From Phoronis australis (Eukaryota; Animalia; Phoronida), in the NCBI GenBank assembly GCA_002633005.1, contig NMRA01000119.1, positions 881,233 through 927,729 of the forward strand: a DNA stretch of 46,497 nucleotides, read 5' to 3'. Made by a program: the position numbers and the translations under genes. The notes beneath the pieces were generated by a model, which ran no database searches, had not been told where the DNA came from, and saw only the letters and a program-made list of their open reading frames with translations. How positions within the stretch are numbered: the first letter of the stretch is position 1; each line of letters begins with the position of its first letter. This document shows positions 22,701 to 35,600 of the stretch, piece by piece.

Positions 22701-25700
22701 TTGTTTCCTGAACCAAAGTGTAAAAGGGATGTTGTTACAATGAGATATTGGCATGCATCTGAGACGGCAAGTAATACAACTAATGCAATGAGATAATACC
22801 CATTAGTTGTAAGTTTACTCAACAGATGGCACTCTTGTTCAACTGCTTAGAATGTCAAAAAGGCACAGCTGTAATGCACTTAGCGGAGATTGTGAAGTTA
22901 TGTATGTCTGTTTTAATGTGGAATTATGTAACACGACGCAAGTTATTGATCCAAACCTTGCAACATCCAATAAAAAGACCAGACAATGGTGTATCTATCA
23001 GAGACAACATTTGTCTTTCTAAAATGTTCACCTGAGTCATGGTTTGTACAGGCACAGTTTTAAGCAATTTTCACAATCTTTTACAATTGCCACTAGGGGG
23101 CACAGTGGTATACTACTGATCTTCTTGAATGTCGTCAGCTTACATTGCCACCTACATACAAGTACACTTGCCAAATTCAACAAAAATTTCTTTAGAGGGT
23201 TTAGGAGACACAGCCACGAACGCAAAGAAAGCAAAGATGCTACTAGGAGGCGCCACAGTAGTCGACGCCATCCAAAATCACCAGCAGCTGTCTTCTTCCC
23301 AGCAAGAGCATATATGCCAATTTTATAAATCCTCCCAAGAGTCAGTTTGGTTGACAGAGAGGCAGATGCCAAAAACTCATAAAAACAACAAAAATGGCCA
23401 CTAGGTGACATATACTATGTCAAATCCATCTGTAAACAGAAATGTCACAGCGTTTTTAACAGAAAACTTTTTGCCAATTTTCATAAAATTCCATCAAGGA
23501 ACTCCAAAGATAAAGAAAACGATAAAAAATGTCACTAGGGGGCACAGCAGTAGTTTTATCTATTTGAAAGCCTTTGACTTGTCATGTGTCACCTTTACAT
23601 AAATACACTTCCCAAATTTAACAAAGACTCGGTTTAGAAGATACAGCCATGGACGCATAAAAACAAAACTGCCACTAGAAGGAGACACTGTACTCATAAC
23701 CATCTAAAAATCGTCAGTCGTCTACTTCTCAGTAAGAACATATAGATCAATTTTCATAATCATCCTTACAGTGGTTTGGTCAATAGAGGGTTATAAAAAG
23801 ATATGTTAGGTTTTGGTTCTCTGGTACCCGCTTTAGTAACTTGTTGAAGTGTGGTAGATAATTGACTTACAAGTTATGATGCTGGGCATTACAATGGGAA
23901 CGCTTGATGGACTATACTGATACCTGGATTTAGCCTCGATTTGGAGACTGCTGTCGTCTGGAGTTGCAAACGGGAGGTTTTCGTAATGTCCCACACATTG
24001 TGCCACAACAATTAATACGTGGCACAAATCAAGCCTCACCTTTTGTTTGAATTTGTAGTAATGCCTCACACCACTTAGATGAGAAACCAACTGACGTAGT
24101 GTGATCTCAACCTGAAATATAAATACATTGCTTTGAACAATAAGCATTGAATAAGACCAGATCTTGGTCCACACGATGTTGCCATTTATTGGAGCCATAT
24201 CTTCTCTTTTGTGCTTTTGGCTTTATGATTTATGAATTCATGAGAAACTCAGCAGTGCTCATCTAAACAATCACAAACTTGCACACTATAAGTCAACTAT
24301 CATCGATCATTCTATTATATCAAACTATACAGTGGATTGACTGGGACAAAGCAGCCATTTGAGCCAATGACAGCAGCAAGTTTTTCAGATGGCTTAGAGA
24401 ACCAGTTTTCATCAAGAATTGTGGCATCTTGTGTAAGAACACAGTCTGTGGTCACTACCAACTTGAACCCTCCTACATTGCTCTGCCCTTGTGACGCGAC
24501 ACGTGATGTCACACCCTAGGTGGTCGAAAAGGTTCACTTGAGGTTCATAAGTTTGCAAGTGAATAGATGAACCCTATCTTGATTATAATCATTTACCCAT
24601 CAGATGGAACTATTTAGTGAATTTATGAATTATTATAACTACTATAATTATTATTATTTGAAACAGGATTTTCAGGATTCATTCAAATATTCGTCAGTAA
24701 TCGTCATTCCTGCATTGATACTTTGATAAGTTATTTCCGCAAAACGGCCTCAGGACCAGATTAGCATCACTTGAATGCTTAAAGATCAAACCAATTTTAA
24801 TTTGCAAGTCCAATGAAGAGTAAACACAAGTACTTAATAAAGTATTGCAGAACTGATGGCAGCACAGTAAGAGGTCAATTGTTCAATCAACAGAATGCCC
24901 ATTCACTGAAATCAGAGTTTGAGCTCTCCCTAACTTCACTGGACAGTTGTCAAATTATTAGCGAGATAGCTTCATGGTGACTGTTTCCAACATCACAAAG
25001 TCCATGAAACATTGACTGCACTTAAAGGAGAAAGTGACCAGTTTTGACTACAGAACCCTGGTTATCTTGGAAAAGTGTTTTTTCCTGAAAATAATCGATA
25101 CCACATCCTGTATTTACTGTACAATACAAAAGTCAAGTAAATGGCCCAGCAAAAGGCCTGCATTTACTCTCAAGCAAACACGAACAATCGACATAGACTG
25201 CATTCAATAGCGAGTCGGATATTGTGGTTGGTCACTGGCAGTGAATGTAGAATCAAGATGCAGATCTTTTGTAGGGCCATTTACATCACTTCCTGTTGTT
25301 ACGTGGATGGGAAATACATAACAGGGCAACAATAATTAATGCGGAAAATGTCTTTTTTCTTTTAATGATTTTCTCTATTAGCTGGATCATCTCACAAGCA
25401 CTTTTAAACTGGTGAGTAAATCTCGAAGTTGTCTCCATGAACCCATTGCATGTCTTTGCTGGTCGAATCAAAAAGCTTGCCTGTTTTCTGTTGAGTGATA
25501 AAGCTATTGCTTTAGACTGTTCTACCCCAAAGAACCACAGTACACATGTTCAAGATCACAACGCAACAGAATAAATGCTTATAGCTTTTCCATTCATTTA
25601 AATTGATCTTCATTCTGGTGAACAACACTAATTTACCTATCCCCATTCAATAGGAATCTTAACGACAAAAATCAGAATTAATGACCATAGTGGATTTTGT

Positions 25701-28700
25701 CAAAGGATATGACACACAATTTCCCTTTCAAATAACATTCATTATTCTCATCATCAGCATGTTAACTAGATAATCAATATTATCTTGAACAGCATGTTTA
25801 TTCATCCAAAACAATCTCAGTGTTGAACACAGACTTTTTAATTCAACCACTCATTGCCCTTAACCTGGCTCAGTCACATCTCAATAACATATTTCCTGTC
25901 TCACTAAAAAACAAGAAAATTAAAGAGAAATGTCACAGAGGAGACAATTATTGAAAGTAAATTCAAATTATTCAAGATTCAAGGGTGGCATAATAAATAA
26001 CAAGTACATTTTTGAACTCCGAAACTAAGTTTCATTTTATGTTGCTTTGATTGAGACAAATCCACAGGGTAACCTCAGCAGTCCAGACCTCCCAAACCTC
26101 CCAACGTAAGTCACTTTTGTGTTGCCTCCCAATATCTGCATTGTCACACTGCCTTCAAGTTTCAAGTCCTGAACCTGGATCTGTGCCTTGTGATTGTTTT
26201 GAGCAGTATTGACCACAACATTGCATTCTGTAGCTGTAGACGTTTGTTACTCAACAGGGAGGGTCTATTATAAAATATGCGACGCAAGAATTCATGAAAA
26301 ATGCCAAGTGCTCATGTACTGTAAACTATGTTATATAGCTATTGGCATTGGCAACCCAAACTGACAAACTTATATGAAACTGGATTGTAAATGAACACAT
26401 TCCATTCCATCCAAAAAGTCATGTAACTTTCCACAGGATATACAGTCAATATTTGATTAATTGGCCAACAAAGAATCAAGGACATTCGTACTTGATCGAA
26501 CAAACCATAGCTACCTTCTTATTTTCGAAAGTCTTCTCCGGAAAGGACGGCAGGTACGTTTGAATAGGAGCATCAAGATCCAGAAGTCCATCTTCAAGTA
26601 GCTTAGCAACTGTTGTCATGGTGATGGATTTACTGATGCTNTTCCCCCCCCCCCCCCAATATCTGCATTGTCACACTGCCTTCAAGTTTGAAGTCATGAA
26701 CCTGGATCTGTGCCTTGTGATTGTTTTGAGCAGTATTGACCACAACATTGCATTCTGTAGCTGTAGACATGGAGGGTCTATTATAAAATATGCGACGCAA
26801 GAATTCATGAAAAATGCCAAGTGCTCATGTACTGTAAACTGTGTTATATAGCTATTGGCATTGGCAACCCAAACTGACAAACTTAAATGAAACTGGATTG
26901 TAAATGAACACATTCCATTCCATCCAAAAAGTAATGTAATTTTCCACAGGATGTACAGTCAATATTTTATTAATTGGCCAACAAGGAATCAAGGACATTC
27001 GTACTTGATCCAACAAACCATAGCTACCTTCTTATTTTCGAAAGTCTTCTCCGGAAAGGACGGCAGGTACGTTTGAATAGGAGCATCAAGATCCAGAAGT
27101 CCATCTTCAAGTAGCTTAGCAACTGTTGTCATGGTGATGGATTTACTGATGCTGGCAATGCGAAGTACGGTATCAGCAGTGCAAGGCACTCTGTTCTCAA
27201 GATCAGAATAACCGAATCCTGAAACAAAGGTTTGACAACTTAACGATTTTCAACCGTCATGGCCCTTGCTCATCAGAACAGAAAGGTACCTGCGACTTTT
27301 GAGAGTATAATTTTTGGTTGATGGGAAAATCGGAATTTATATTTTTTTAGAAAATGGCACAGTTCTATCTTAAGATTAGGCAGGACACTAGACAAATGGG
27401 CAAATTTGGTTAACTTCAGAACACCGTATCTCGCAAATGCCTGATCAGATTCTGAAGAAACTGATAGAATACGCCCTTTCTGTACGAGAAATTGTCTTGA
27501 AGATAAATTGCATTTTGTTCTCGCTTGTGATGCATTCCATGATCTCGGCAATATGTACATATCAAAAGTATTTTATTTATTTGTAGCCTTGATAAATTTC
27601 ATTCATTTGATGGTAGATTATAACAGCTGCATTGTGAAATACATTTTTGTGTTTTGAAAAGAAAAGAGGTTATGCAGAGAAATGTTGGATGCTTTTAAGA
27701 GTTTTACTAGCTTGAATGCAATTATTGCACTGTGAGCCATTGACCTTTTATACACTCGAGAAATATACACAGTCTCTACTTATTTGTTAAGCTTGTGGTC
27801 ATAGACGATGCATCATGTTGCATATGAAGTAGTGAAACATTAATTCTGAAGTTGTCTGGGTCTCTGGAAATAGACCTCTGTCAGTGACACTTGAATAGTC
27901 AAATAAAACGGGGTACTGCTTACATTTAATTAAAATACTGAAGTGTCACAATATTTGTGGTTTCACTCAAGCGTAATAAAAGAGATAAAAACAATCCCAC
28001 TATTGCTACAAGTCTCTCAGGGATTGTGATGTAAAGATGGTCAACGTTGTAGGTGGAATGTTGCTGTTTTGATCTGCACCTGCATAGAATCTCGAACATT
28101 AACTGGAGCAGTTGCAAATTTACTTTAAATCATGGGATTACATGAATAGTTTATCACACCTTCCGTCCAGACTTCTTGACCATTTACACTGACTCCAACG
28201 ACAACACCAGGAATCCCAACCTCCTCCTGAAATCACATGATCAGTGTTACTTGGTGAACATTTTGAAAGGGAAGAATAAAAAAGTGGAGCAATATATCAT
28301 CCTTTACATGTAAGGCATAAAACTAATCTGATTTAAATATTATAACCAGTCTTGAAATAAAATCTGCAAATACAAGTTACAGGCGCATAATACAAGCAAA
28401 TAATATTAACCAAAAGCACTAATGCGAACTACCCCTCTATTTATTAACCAGGGCTTGGAAATTGGAATGAACAATGAAAAAAGGAAAACTTTCCAGGTGA
28501 TGTATCATTCCACAAATAAGTATGCTTGTGTGATAGAACTAATTTTTGTGTTGTAAAATTTAACTGAAATATAAACATATTTGCACGAATAAAGTCAAAA
28601 TAATTGATAAAAAAGACGAAAAAGGGGAACTGGAAATCAAATAAGAGGAAATTGAAACCAAAAAAGAGAAAATCTTCTCAAAAGATGAATATGTCAAGCC

Positions 28701-29476
28701 AAGATTAATACAATGAAGATTTCCATTTCTCATTAACAAATTTTCTCACTTTCTACCAGTCATTGTGAAAATTGAAGTAAAGAAAATGGCATCACAGATT
28801 TTAAATTATTGCAGCCATCCTTATATTCTTTCCATCTTTTGCACAGTGAAATGATATGATATCAGATGGCACTAAAGAAACGATATTTATCAGCAAGCCC
28901 TGCTCAGTGAATTATCGCCTCACTAAAGTCCTAAAAATTACCAGCATTTTGCACACAAGGCTGGTAATTTTTAGTACGCTGCTTTAGTTGGGTTTACAAC
29001 CACCTGCACTACTGGTAGCATAATGTTAGTGAAACTTATTAAATTTGCTTGATCTTTTGTAAAAATATAGAACTGGTAACTGGAGTCCATGTCAACTACA
29101 TCACCTTCAGTCTTTCAATGAGGAGTCGAGATTTCGTAATTGCATGAGCTAGTTTGTCGTCTTGACCACGATGCCAAGGTTTTGAAGTTTTCTCTGCATC
29201 ATTATCCAACTCATAAGCCATCACATCGTGGCGTTTGCCTGTCCTCAACAATCCGATTCCTGTAACAACGAGGGATATGCCGATTCCGACCCCAGTATAC
29301 AATAAAAAGTTCTGTCCGAGTTTGCTTCGTGTTGTAGACCTCGAACTCTGGTACGAAGAAGCCTTCCTGAAAGGTGAAAGTAACGGACATCTTTGCGGCT
29401 GAAGAACGACCTGTTTTGTCTGACAAACAAGTTGCAGTGCCTTGCTGTGCGGTTTGATTTGTATAAAACGAATCAT
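19749..29476 (-). CDS. LACTB: Serine beta-lactamase-like protein LACTB, mitochondrial (7 coding exons, 522 aa)
   Basis: Coding exons on minus: 29476-29105, 28226-28160, 27218-27028, 24111-24040, 22707-22545, 21442-21277, 20286-19749. All introns are GT-AG with matching phases; total 1569 nt. Translation has EEVGIPGVVVGVSVNGQEVWTEGFGYSDLENRVPC, the SxxK motif RIASISKS, ITLRQLVSHLSGVRHY, the YxT motif YLYTTHG, VDLSYKWGGGGLLSTAGDL and THAGGAIGASS, all matching recalled LACTB. The N-terminus is basic, Ser/Arg-rich and followed by a hydrophobic stretch (presequence-like). AATAAA on minus at 19449-19444. Confidence 0.95.
20613..21131. mobile_element. Non-autonomous hAT-like MITE with 6-bp TSD in LACTB intron 6
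   Basis: TIRs CAGGGCTTGGAA ... TTCCAAGCCTTG, with an exact ATATTT duplication at 20607-20612 and 21132-21137. Confidence 0.7.
23060..23790. repeat. Diverged tandem duplication of an interspersed repeat with CACTAGRGGGC motifs (LACTB intron 4)
   Basis: 23089-23360 aligns with 23531-23790 (cactagggggcacag...tacacttNccaaattNaacaaa...acagccaNgNacgca...tcttcNcagNaagaNcatata). Confidence 0.55.
26128..27153. repeat. Duplication across a single-N join, including a partial second copy of LACTB exon 3 (probable assembly artefact)
   Basis: 26128-26640 is nearly identical to ~26655-27153, separated by the N at 26641. The duplicate exon fragment 26515-26640 lacks its 5' part and acceptor. Confidence 0.75.
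28449..28703. mobile_element. MITE of the same CAGGGCTTGGAA family in LACTB intron 1
   Basis: Starts CAGGGCTTGGAA..GAATGAACAATGAAAAAAG and ends TCAAGCCAAG. Flanks are ATTAAC/ATTAAT (near-perfect 6-bp TSD). The interior is homologous to 497-715. Confidence 0.6.
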
Positions 29477-29694
29477 AATGATATCCGTCACACAACTAGG
29501 CCCTACTGGCCTGCTGGCACAATAATGAATAAGAGATGGTCAATGACAGTACAAGATTCGCTGTTTATATTCTGATTCAAACATCCGACAGGTGTCTCTG
29601 TAGTTGATCGTCAGGTGGCGCGACATACGATTGCGACTCGACCAGGGATTGTGGATGTCAACCTAGTTTGTGCAGTACCATAGTTCGAAGAATC
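29477..29694. promoter_or_regulatory. Putative bidirectional promoter shared by LACTB and MBIP
   Basis: Only 218 bp separate the two divergent ATGs, and the interval is locally CpG-rich (ggtggcgcgacatacgattgcgactcga). The call depends on the inferred MBIP exon 1. Confidence 0.6.
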
Positions 29695-32600
29695 ATGTAT
29701 CTTAAAGAAACAATCGAGTCCCTTGTTAACTTTTGTAACACGGTAAATACTGCAAGATTTTATAAACTCTAAATCAAAGTAGTCTACGGCTTCACTGTTA
29801 GCTCTGATTTCACAACCACAGCCACAGGCTCTCTCTCGGTTAGCCAACCAGCTAGGCAATGACCATCGCCTCTGTTGGCCCGAAGCAGAGGCGATGTAGA
29901 GGCTATAGGCGCTCTGTACGCCGGAAGCTTTTCGGCGAATTATGCCTCGCACCGACTAAAGCATCAAAGTCACGTTGTTACAAATACCTTTTGCGCATAG
30001 AGGAACACCTTATTAGGAGGTTGTCGATGTGTTTAATTCCTTCCAACTCGAACAAAGATACTCCCGTTATGAAACTTTTTCTTCGAGCAGTCTCTATTTC
30101 AGTTCCCAAAATCGTGAACTCACCAATTCATGACCTCAATCTTTAAATAGGCCAAAGGTGAGCCATTGCGGTCTTGTCAGTCAAATGTTCGTTTCCAAAA
30201 TGCCACCACTTATACTTGTCTTTAATTGGCGTTACTTGAAACTGATTGTATTTCAATGAATCGTTGTTTGTATTTGATAAAAACAAATGCTGTTGATATG
30301 ACATTTAATAGTCTTTTTGCACATATTTGACATTTTAATGTTTAACAACACGGCAAATGCACGGCTGGTTCCCGGCAGCACGTACGCGAAGGGCGGGAAC
30401 TTCAGCTTTCAAANNNNNNNNNNNNNNNNNNNNNNNNNNNNNNNNNNNNNNNNNNNNNNNNNNNNNNNNNNNNNNNNNNNNNNNNNNNNNNNNNNNNNNN
30501 NNNNNNNNNNNNNNNNNNNNNNNNNNNNNNNNNNNNNNNNNNNNNNNNNNNNNNNNNNNNNNNNNNNNNNNNNNNNNNNNNNNNNNNNNNNNNNNNNNNN
30601 NNNNNNNNNNNNNNNNNNNNNNNNNNNNNNNNNNNNNNNNNNNNNNNNNNNNNNNNNNNNNNNNNNNNNNNNNNNNNNNNNNNNNNNNNNNNNNNNNNNN
30701 NNNNNNNNNNNNNNNNNNNNNNNNNNNNNNNNNNNNNNNNNNNNNNNNNNNNNNNNNNNNNNNNNNNNNNNNNNNNNNNNNNNNNNNNNNNNNNNNNNNN
30801 NNNNNNNNNNNNNNNNNNNNNNNNNNNNNNNNNNNNNNNNNNNNNNNNNNNNNNNNNNNNNNNNNNNNNNNNNNNNNNNNNNNNNNNNNNNNNNNNNNNN
30901 NNNNNNNNNNNNNNNNNNNNNNNNNNNNNNNNNNNNNNNNNNNNNNNNNNNNNNNNNNNNNNNNNNNNNNNNNNNNNCCCCCCAACTCAAATTCCTGGAT
31001 CCGCCTCGGGGACTATCTCGTAGATCCAGCCATTAAGAGTTGAGTAATGGTGAACCAAAACGGAGAGTAAGAAGGGTCCTGGGACCAATACACTGACCTG
31101 TAGCGAGGAGCTACGTCAAGTACCTATAGCTGAGATCTAACAGTGTGAAAATACGAAATTTCCGATGAACTAAAGCTAGTTGCTGGTCAGCTCAACTATG
31201 ATTCACTTGAGACAGGTAGCTTAGCTCGTACCGGCCGTCTCGGCTTGTTCTAAGGTCAAGATTCATTTTGTTATGATCCAGTTTCGGGAAAAGTTTATTT
31301 TATTATGGTCATTCTTTGAAAGTTTTTTTGAAAAGGTGAGGCCCCGAAGTCCCTGGTACAGTGCCTTCAAAATCCCTAGTTGAAACACGACTGGTAGTTC
31401 AGTTTCTGGTGGCGGGGGAAAAGGATAGTGTGTCCCAAAAATGTTCACACTTCCTAAATGCCTGCAGTTCAAATTCAGTTCTTGGTTATCACTGAGAGTC
31501 TCCGCGGCCTACTGCATGGTTACATCTTATTTTTAACGTGGATACGTCAGTCATGCGAATCACAGAAAGCAATCAATTCAGTTTTGAAGAACAAAAATTC
31601 ATTACTCAATACTACTGGAAACTGAAAACACCAAGGAACTGCGAAGACAACTTTTCCAAGCAATGAGTTTAATTTTATTTATTTAAGGATTTTTAAAACG
31701 TTTTTTATCTACAGTTTGTGTGTACGAATTTCATCAATGTCTTTGAGAGTTATTTTAGATATACAAATATTGTCTACGTGTACTTTACTATTTGAGGATC
31801 AAATTATAGAGTTTTTCCAACTTCAGGCAGCAATTAAATTCTCTGAATTATCACCAATTCTTACAAGATTATCTTCTAATTGTCAAAAATCATCTATGAC
31901 TCTATCGATATTCGTAGGAACATAAACAAGTAAATCAGAAACCAACGAATTCGTTTATCAAACAGGAATGTTATGCGCAATTTCCACATGGAGCCTCGCA
32001 GACTTTTGACAGGTAACCGGGGGAATATGGGAGATGGGGTATTCGTATTAAGGTGTATTTTTAGAGGTACTTATAATGTTTCACGATGTAAACTTAAACT
32101 CCAATGACAAAAAAACCCTTGAAGTCTTTGTTTATGATTGCGAGAGTTCTTTGAGTACCCCTTTCGACATGTACATGATCATTACAAATAGTAGCCTAGT
32201 AAGCAGTGTCTTCCACAAGTGTGAATTCCTAACAAATAACTCATAGTAAACATCGTCAAAAGAGATACTATTCTTGTGATACTAAGGGAAACAGTAACAT
32301 TATTTTATAACTAACCATTGGAAATAGTCCTTTTGTGTAATTTTTTTTCAAATTTTTGATTGTTTGGGTTGAATGGCTGTACTGTGCAAGAACATTTTGT
32401 TTTTTTGTTTTTTTTTTGATGAATTTGGAATCTCAACTTCCCTCGTGAATCTGTACATGTAGCAGTGTCCGATTTACATACAAGGGTTAGTGCGCTATTC
32501 TATATTATGGTAATGGCCATGGATTTAAAATGTCTATATATGTAGCACGCTATTCTATATTTATGGTCATGACCATGGATATAGAGTGTCTACTTATATA

Positions 32601-35600
32601 TCGCTATTCTATATTGATGGTCTTGACCATGGATTTAGAGTGTCTATATATTTAGTGCACTGTTCTATATTATGGTCATGACCACGGATTTAGATTGTCT
32701 ATATTTATGTAGCGAATTACGACAATTAGTATAACCAAAAAATAGGAACTAGAGTCTGTACTTCATCTAACTAACAAGTGGGTGAGACGAACTCATTATA
32801 GAATATTTTTTCTATTTGGATTTGATATGTCTTACACCTTGAAGCTTGTAATTCACCAAGGCCAGTCAATGAATGTATATTGTGTTTATCGAAATACCTT
32901 TCTGCAATCATTAGTTTTTATTAGCAGAATTATTAAAGTTTGACTTTTGGCAATATTGCGTAGCGTTTTAAGACCCATTTTCATATTGACGTCATTCAGC
33001 ATTTAATTCCAAAATTTAATGCGCCAACGCCACGGATATTCGTCAAGTTTGATATATGTAACCCCCCTCTTGTTGCCACGACTAACTACACATGGTTTCT
33101 AGAACGTTCTAATGTTTCAATATACGTTTAACAACTATAAGAGATGAAACGTGAAGTAATTACAGAAATTCATAAGCAGCAATAGAGTGGCTGCAGGACG
33201 GGATTAAACTGGAACCCTCTGGTACAACACTTCGGGGCGGCAGGTGGCACCAGTGGATTATTAATTAAAATGCGTTTGCCTGACTTACTTGACTGAATCT
33301 ACGTAATATTTCTGATGCTAAAATGTTTAGTGCCGATCATCACAAATTGTTGTGTCACCTCTCCCTCCTCCCCTTCGGAGAGGGTTCTGTACGAGACAAA
33401 TCTCCCTCCATCCTAGCTACATGTACACCCCTCAGGATGTACACAGAAGTCTGTGCCCTGACTGTTGCATACTTCTGTACGCATTATACAATGCTCCTTG
33501 CTATTTCAAAGGCTTAGTTTTGCCCTTTATATTTACCGTCAATCTTAATGAACTTGTACGTAACAAAGTAGACATTGTGTACTGTTCGTCTTCTTCACTG
33601 TCTTAATCAAATTTTCTAAACTTAGAATAAGTAATGCTTGTGTAAAAATCTTGTACGTCTATTTTGGTTGATATGAATTCTGATGAGACTGATCATCGTT
33701 CACATATATCAGTCTGATCATCGTTTACAGCATCATACTTAAGATCGTTTTTGGTCTGTGACAAGAATTCGTATAAATTACTAGGGCTGGTGAAAAAACT
33801 TAGATCTTATATTACACAATTCATTAATATTAATTCTTATCAACATCTTATAACATGTCATACCATTCTTAGAAATAGTTGAAATTAATCTATTTTAAAG
33901 AATCATTTGTAATAAATTTTATCAACCATAATTGATTGTGTACACCTGTCGTACACGCGCAGATAAAGTGCCTGTGTACACCTGTGCATGTGCTGATCAG
34001 TATAGTGCCTGTGTACACTTGTCCTGCACGTGCAGATATACATGTATACAAAGGGACATTTACCCCGAACTGCTCCACCAAAAGAGGGCACCGTCTGAAA
34101 TGGGACACCTTAAAATGAAAGGCTAAACATCATTAAGCGTGGAAAAAAGTGACCGTTCATTTCACCGTCGTGGGGTCTCAAAACGATTCAGGGAGTGACC
34201 TCCTTCAACATGAAAGCACGAGTTCACAAAAAACAGAAAAATAGAGGTAATCGATTCCAACATTGGGCCCTCTCTCTGTGAGCGGCCCCATAAGAATTTG
34301 TCAATAAAAACACCAAAAGGTACCCACTTGAATGTCATCAATGACCTCCTTCAAGTGCAGGGCTCCTAAATGTGAAAATATCTATATTTTCAAATATCAG
34401 GAAATGCGCAGCAATTGGTGTTATCTGTCAGGTCATCAATTTTCTCAAGTGATATACAGTTTCGAGAAAAAAAAAATAAAGCGAAAGTTATCTCCATTAT
34501 CCCTTGCCTCCGGAAAAATATAGTTTTGCATTCGCAAAATTGACTTATTGAATTTAAACATCCAGGAAATTAGTACGCTCCGCAAAAGCTTCGCTTTACA
34601 AATTTTCTTGATTTTTTGAAATATATACGTGCGTTTAGACGACCTGTGCTGAAAAAGCAAAGACCCTAACGACGATGAGGACAGGGTCCTCAAAAGGTAA
34701 ACCATGCGCTGATGCTGATTTGTTAAATTTCCTCTTGAATTTTCTCTCTTATCCGTTTTTCGTAGTCTTTCTTTCCTCGACTGTCTCTTGCACCACGCCT
34801 ATGTCGGTTGCCACGGATTAACCCAGACCCCTGCCCCCCCACTTCCTACGGCCCTGCACTCACTGTGTGTATTTCTTCCATTGACCCCAGTATTGCACAC
34901 CCCCAGGGTAGTTCTGCTCGTCACCTCGCCGTAAAACTTGTATCAACATGTAAAGCTAAAGACCGGACTGGGCACATGCAAAATCTGGGAATCAACCGAC
35001 ACTCACCTTGCCCGTTACAGCCGTTTAGGTGAAAAACAATGCAATAAACATCATTTTCTTGCGTAACTGTCCGCCTTTTCTAACAATACAATGTATGTCA
35101 TCGTTTTGAAAACAGTATGCTCGTGTCGTGAGCACACGCCATTTCCTAAATTTTTGTGATATCTCTGGGGAGATGATGATAGCTTGACAGCAGCAAAATT
35201 TGTTCTGAAATTCGGTTTTTCAGTGCTGAAATTCTAAAAACTTATAATGAAGTTAAACCAGTTCCAATAATTTGTTGTGACATGTACGCAACCTGGTGAA
35301 AGAACAACAGTTGATTGAAGAATTGGCGAAAAAAGAAACTGGACAATAGGTGACGCAATATTTCATGGTGCAGAAAGCCATCGCTAAAGATCGCTCCACA
35401 ACTTTAGCAGCAGAATAATGGTAGAACGCCATTTTTTCCAACACAGTTAAATAATTTAATTTACTCAGGGAAGACTGTAGTTTTTAATGACACCAAGTTT
35501 GTGTCAGATTTTATCTTACCACTTTTTTACCCACATTGGTGCAAAGCTGTATATTTAGTAGCTTTGTGCCAAGGCTATCTCTTGGTCTGTCTATCGGGGG

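Noticed and set aside
26515-26640. Second copy of LACTB exon 3 suggesting mutually exclusive exons
   Set aside because: It is truncated at a single-N join, lacks an acceptor and is nearly identical including intron sequence; an assembly overlap explains it best.
19749-29476. Beta-lactamase motifs as bacterial contamination or recent horizontal transfer
   Set aside because: Six spliceosomal introns and a mitochondrial-type presequence identify the ordinary metazoan LACTB.
29611-30146. ORFs 29611-29952 (minus) and 29859-30146 (plus) as extra genes
   Set aside because: No recognisable domains; they overlap the MBIP first exon/intron and CpG-rich promoter flank, where spurious ORFs are expected.
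30317-31043. Long ORFs of 193-239 aa in the ORF track
   Set aside because: They consist of translated Ns from the assembly gap.
32488-32714. Regularly spaced repeats as a possible CRISPR array
   Set aside because: The units are contiguous tandem copies with no unique spacers, the context is eukaryotic and there are no cas genes. The same applies to 14735-16015.
33680-33730. CTGATGA followed by a 7-bp hairpin (hammerhead-like)
   Set aside because: No GAAA follows stem II; a short direct repeat of CTGATCATCGTT explains the pattern.
33890-34126. Overlapping Cys/Thr/Val-rich ORFs on both strands
   Set aside because: Low-complexity TGTACA/TGCA-rich sequence that lacks stops; no protein-like features.
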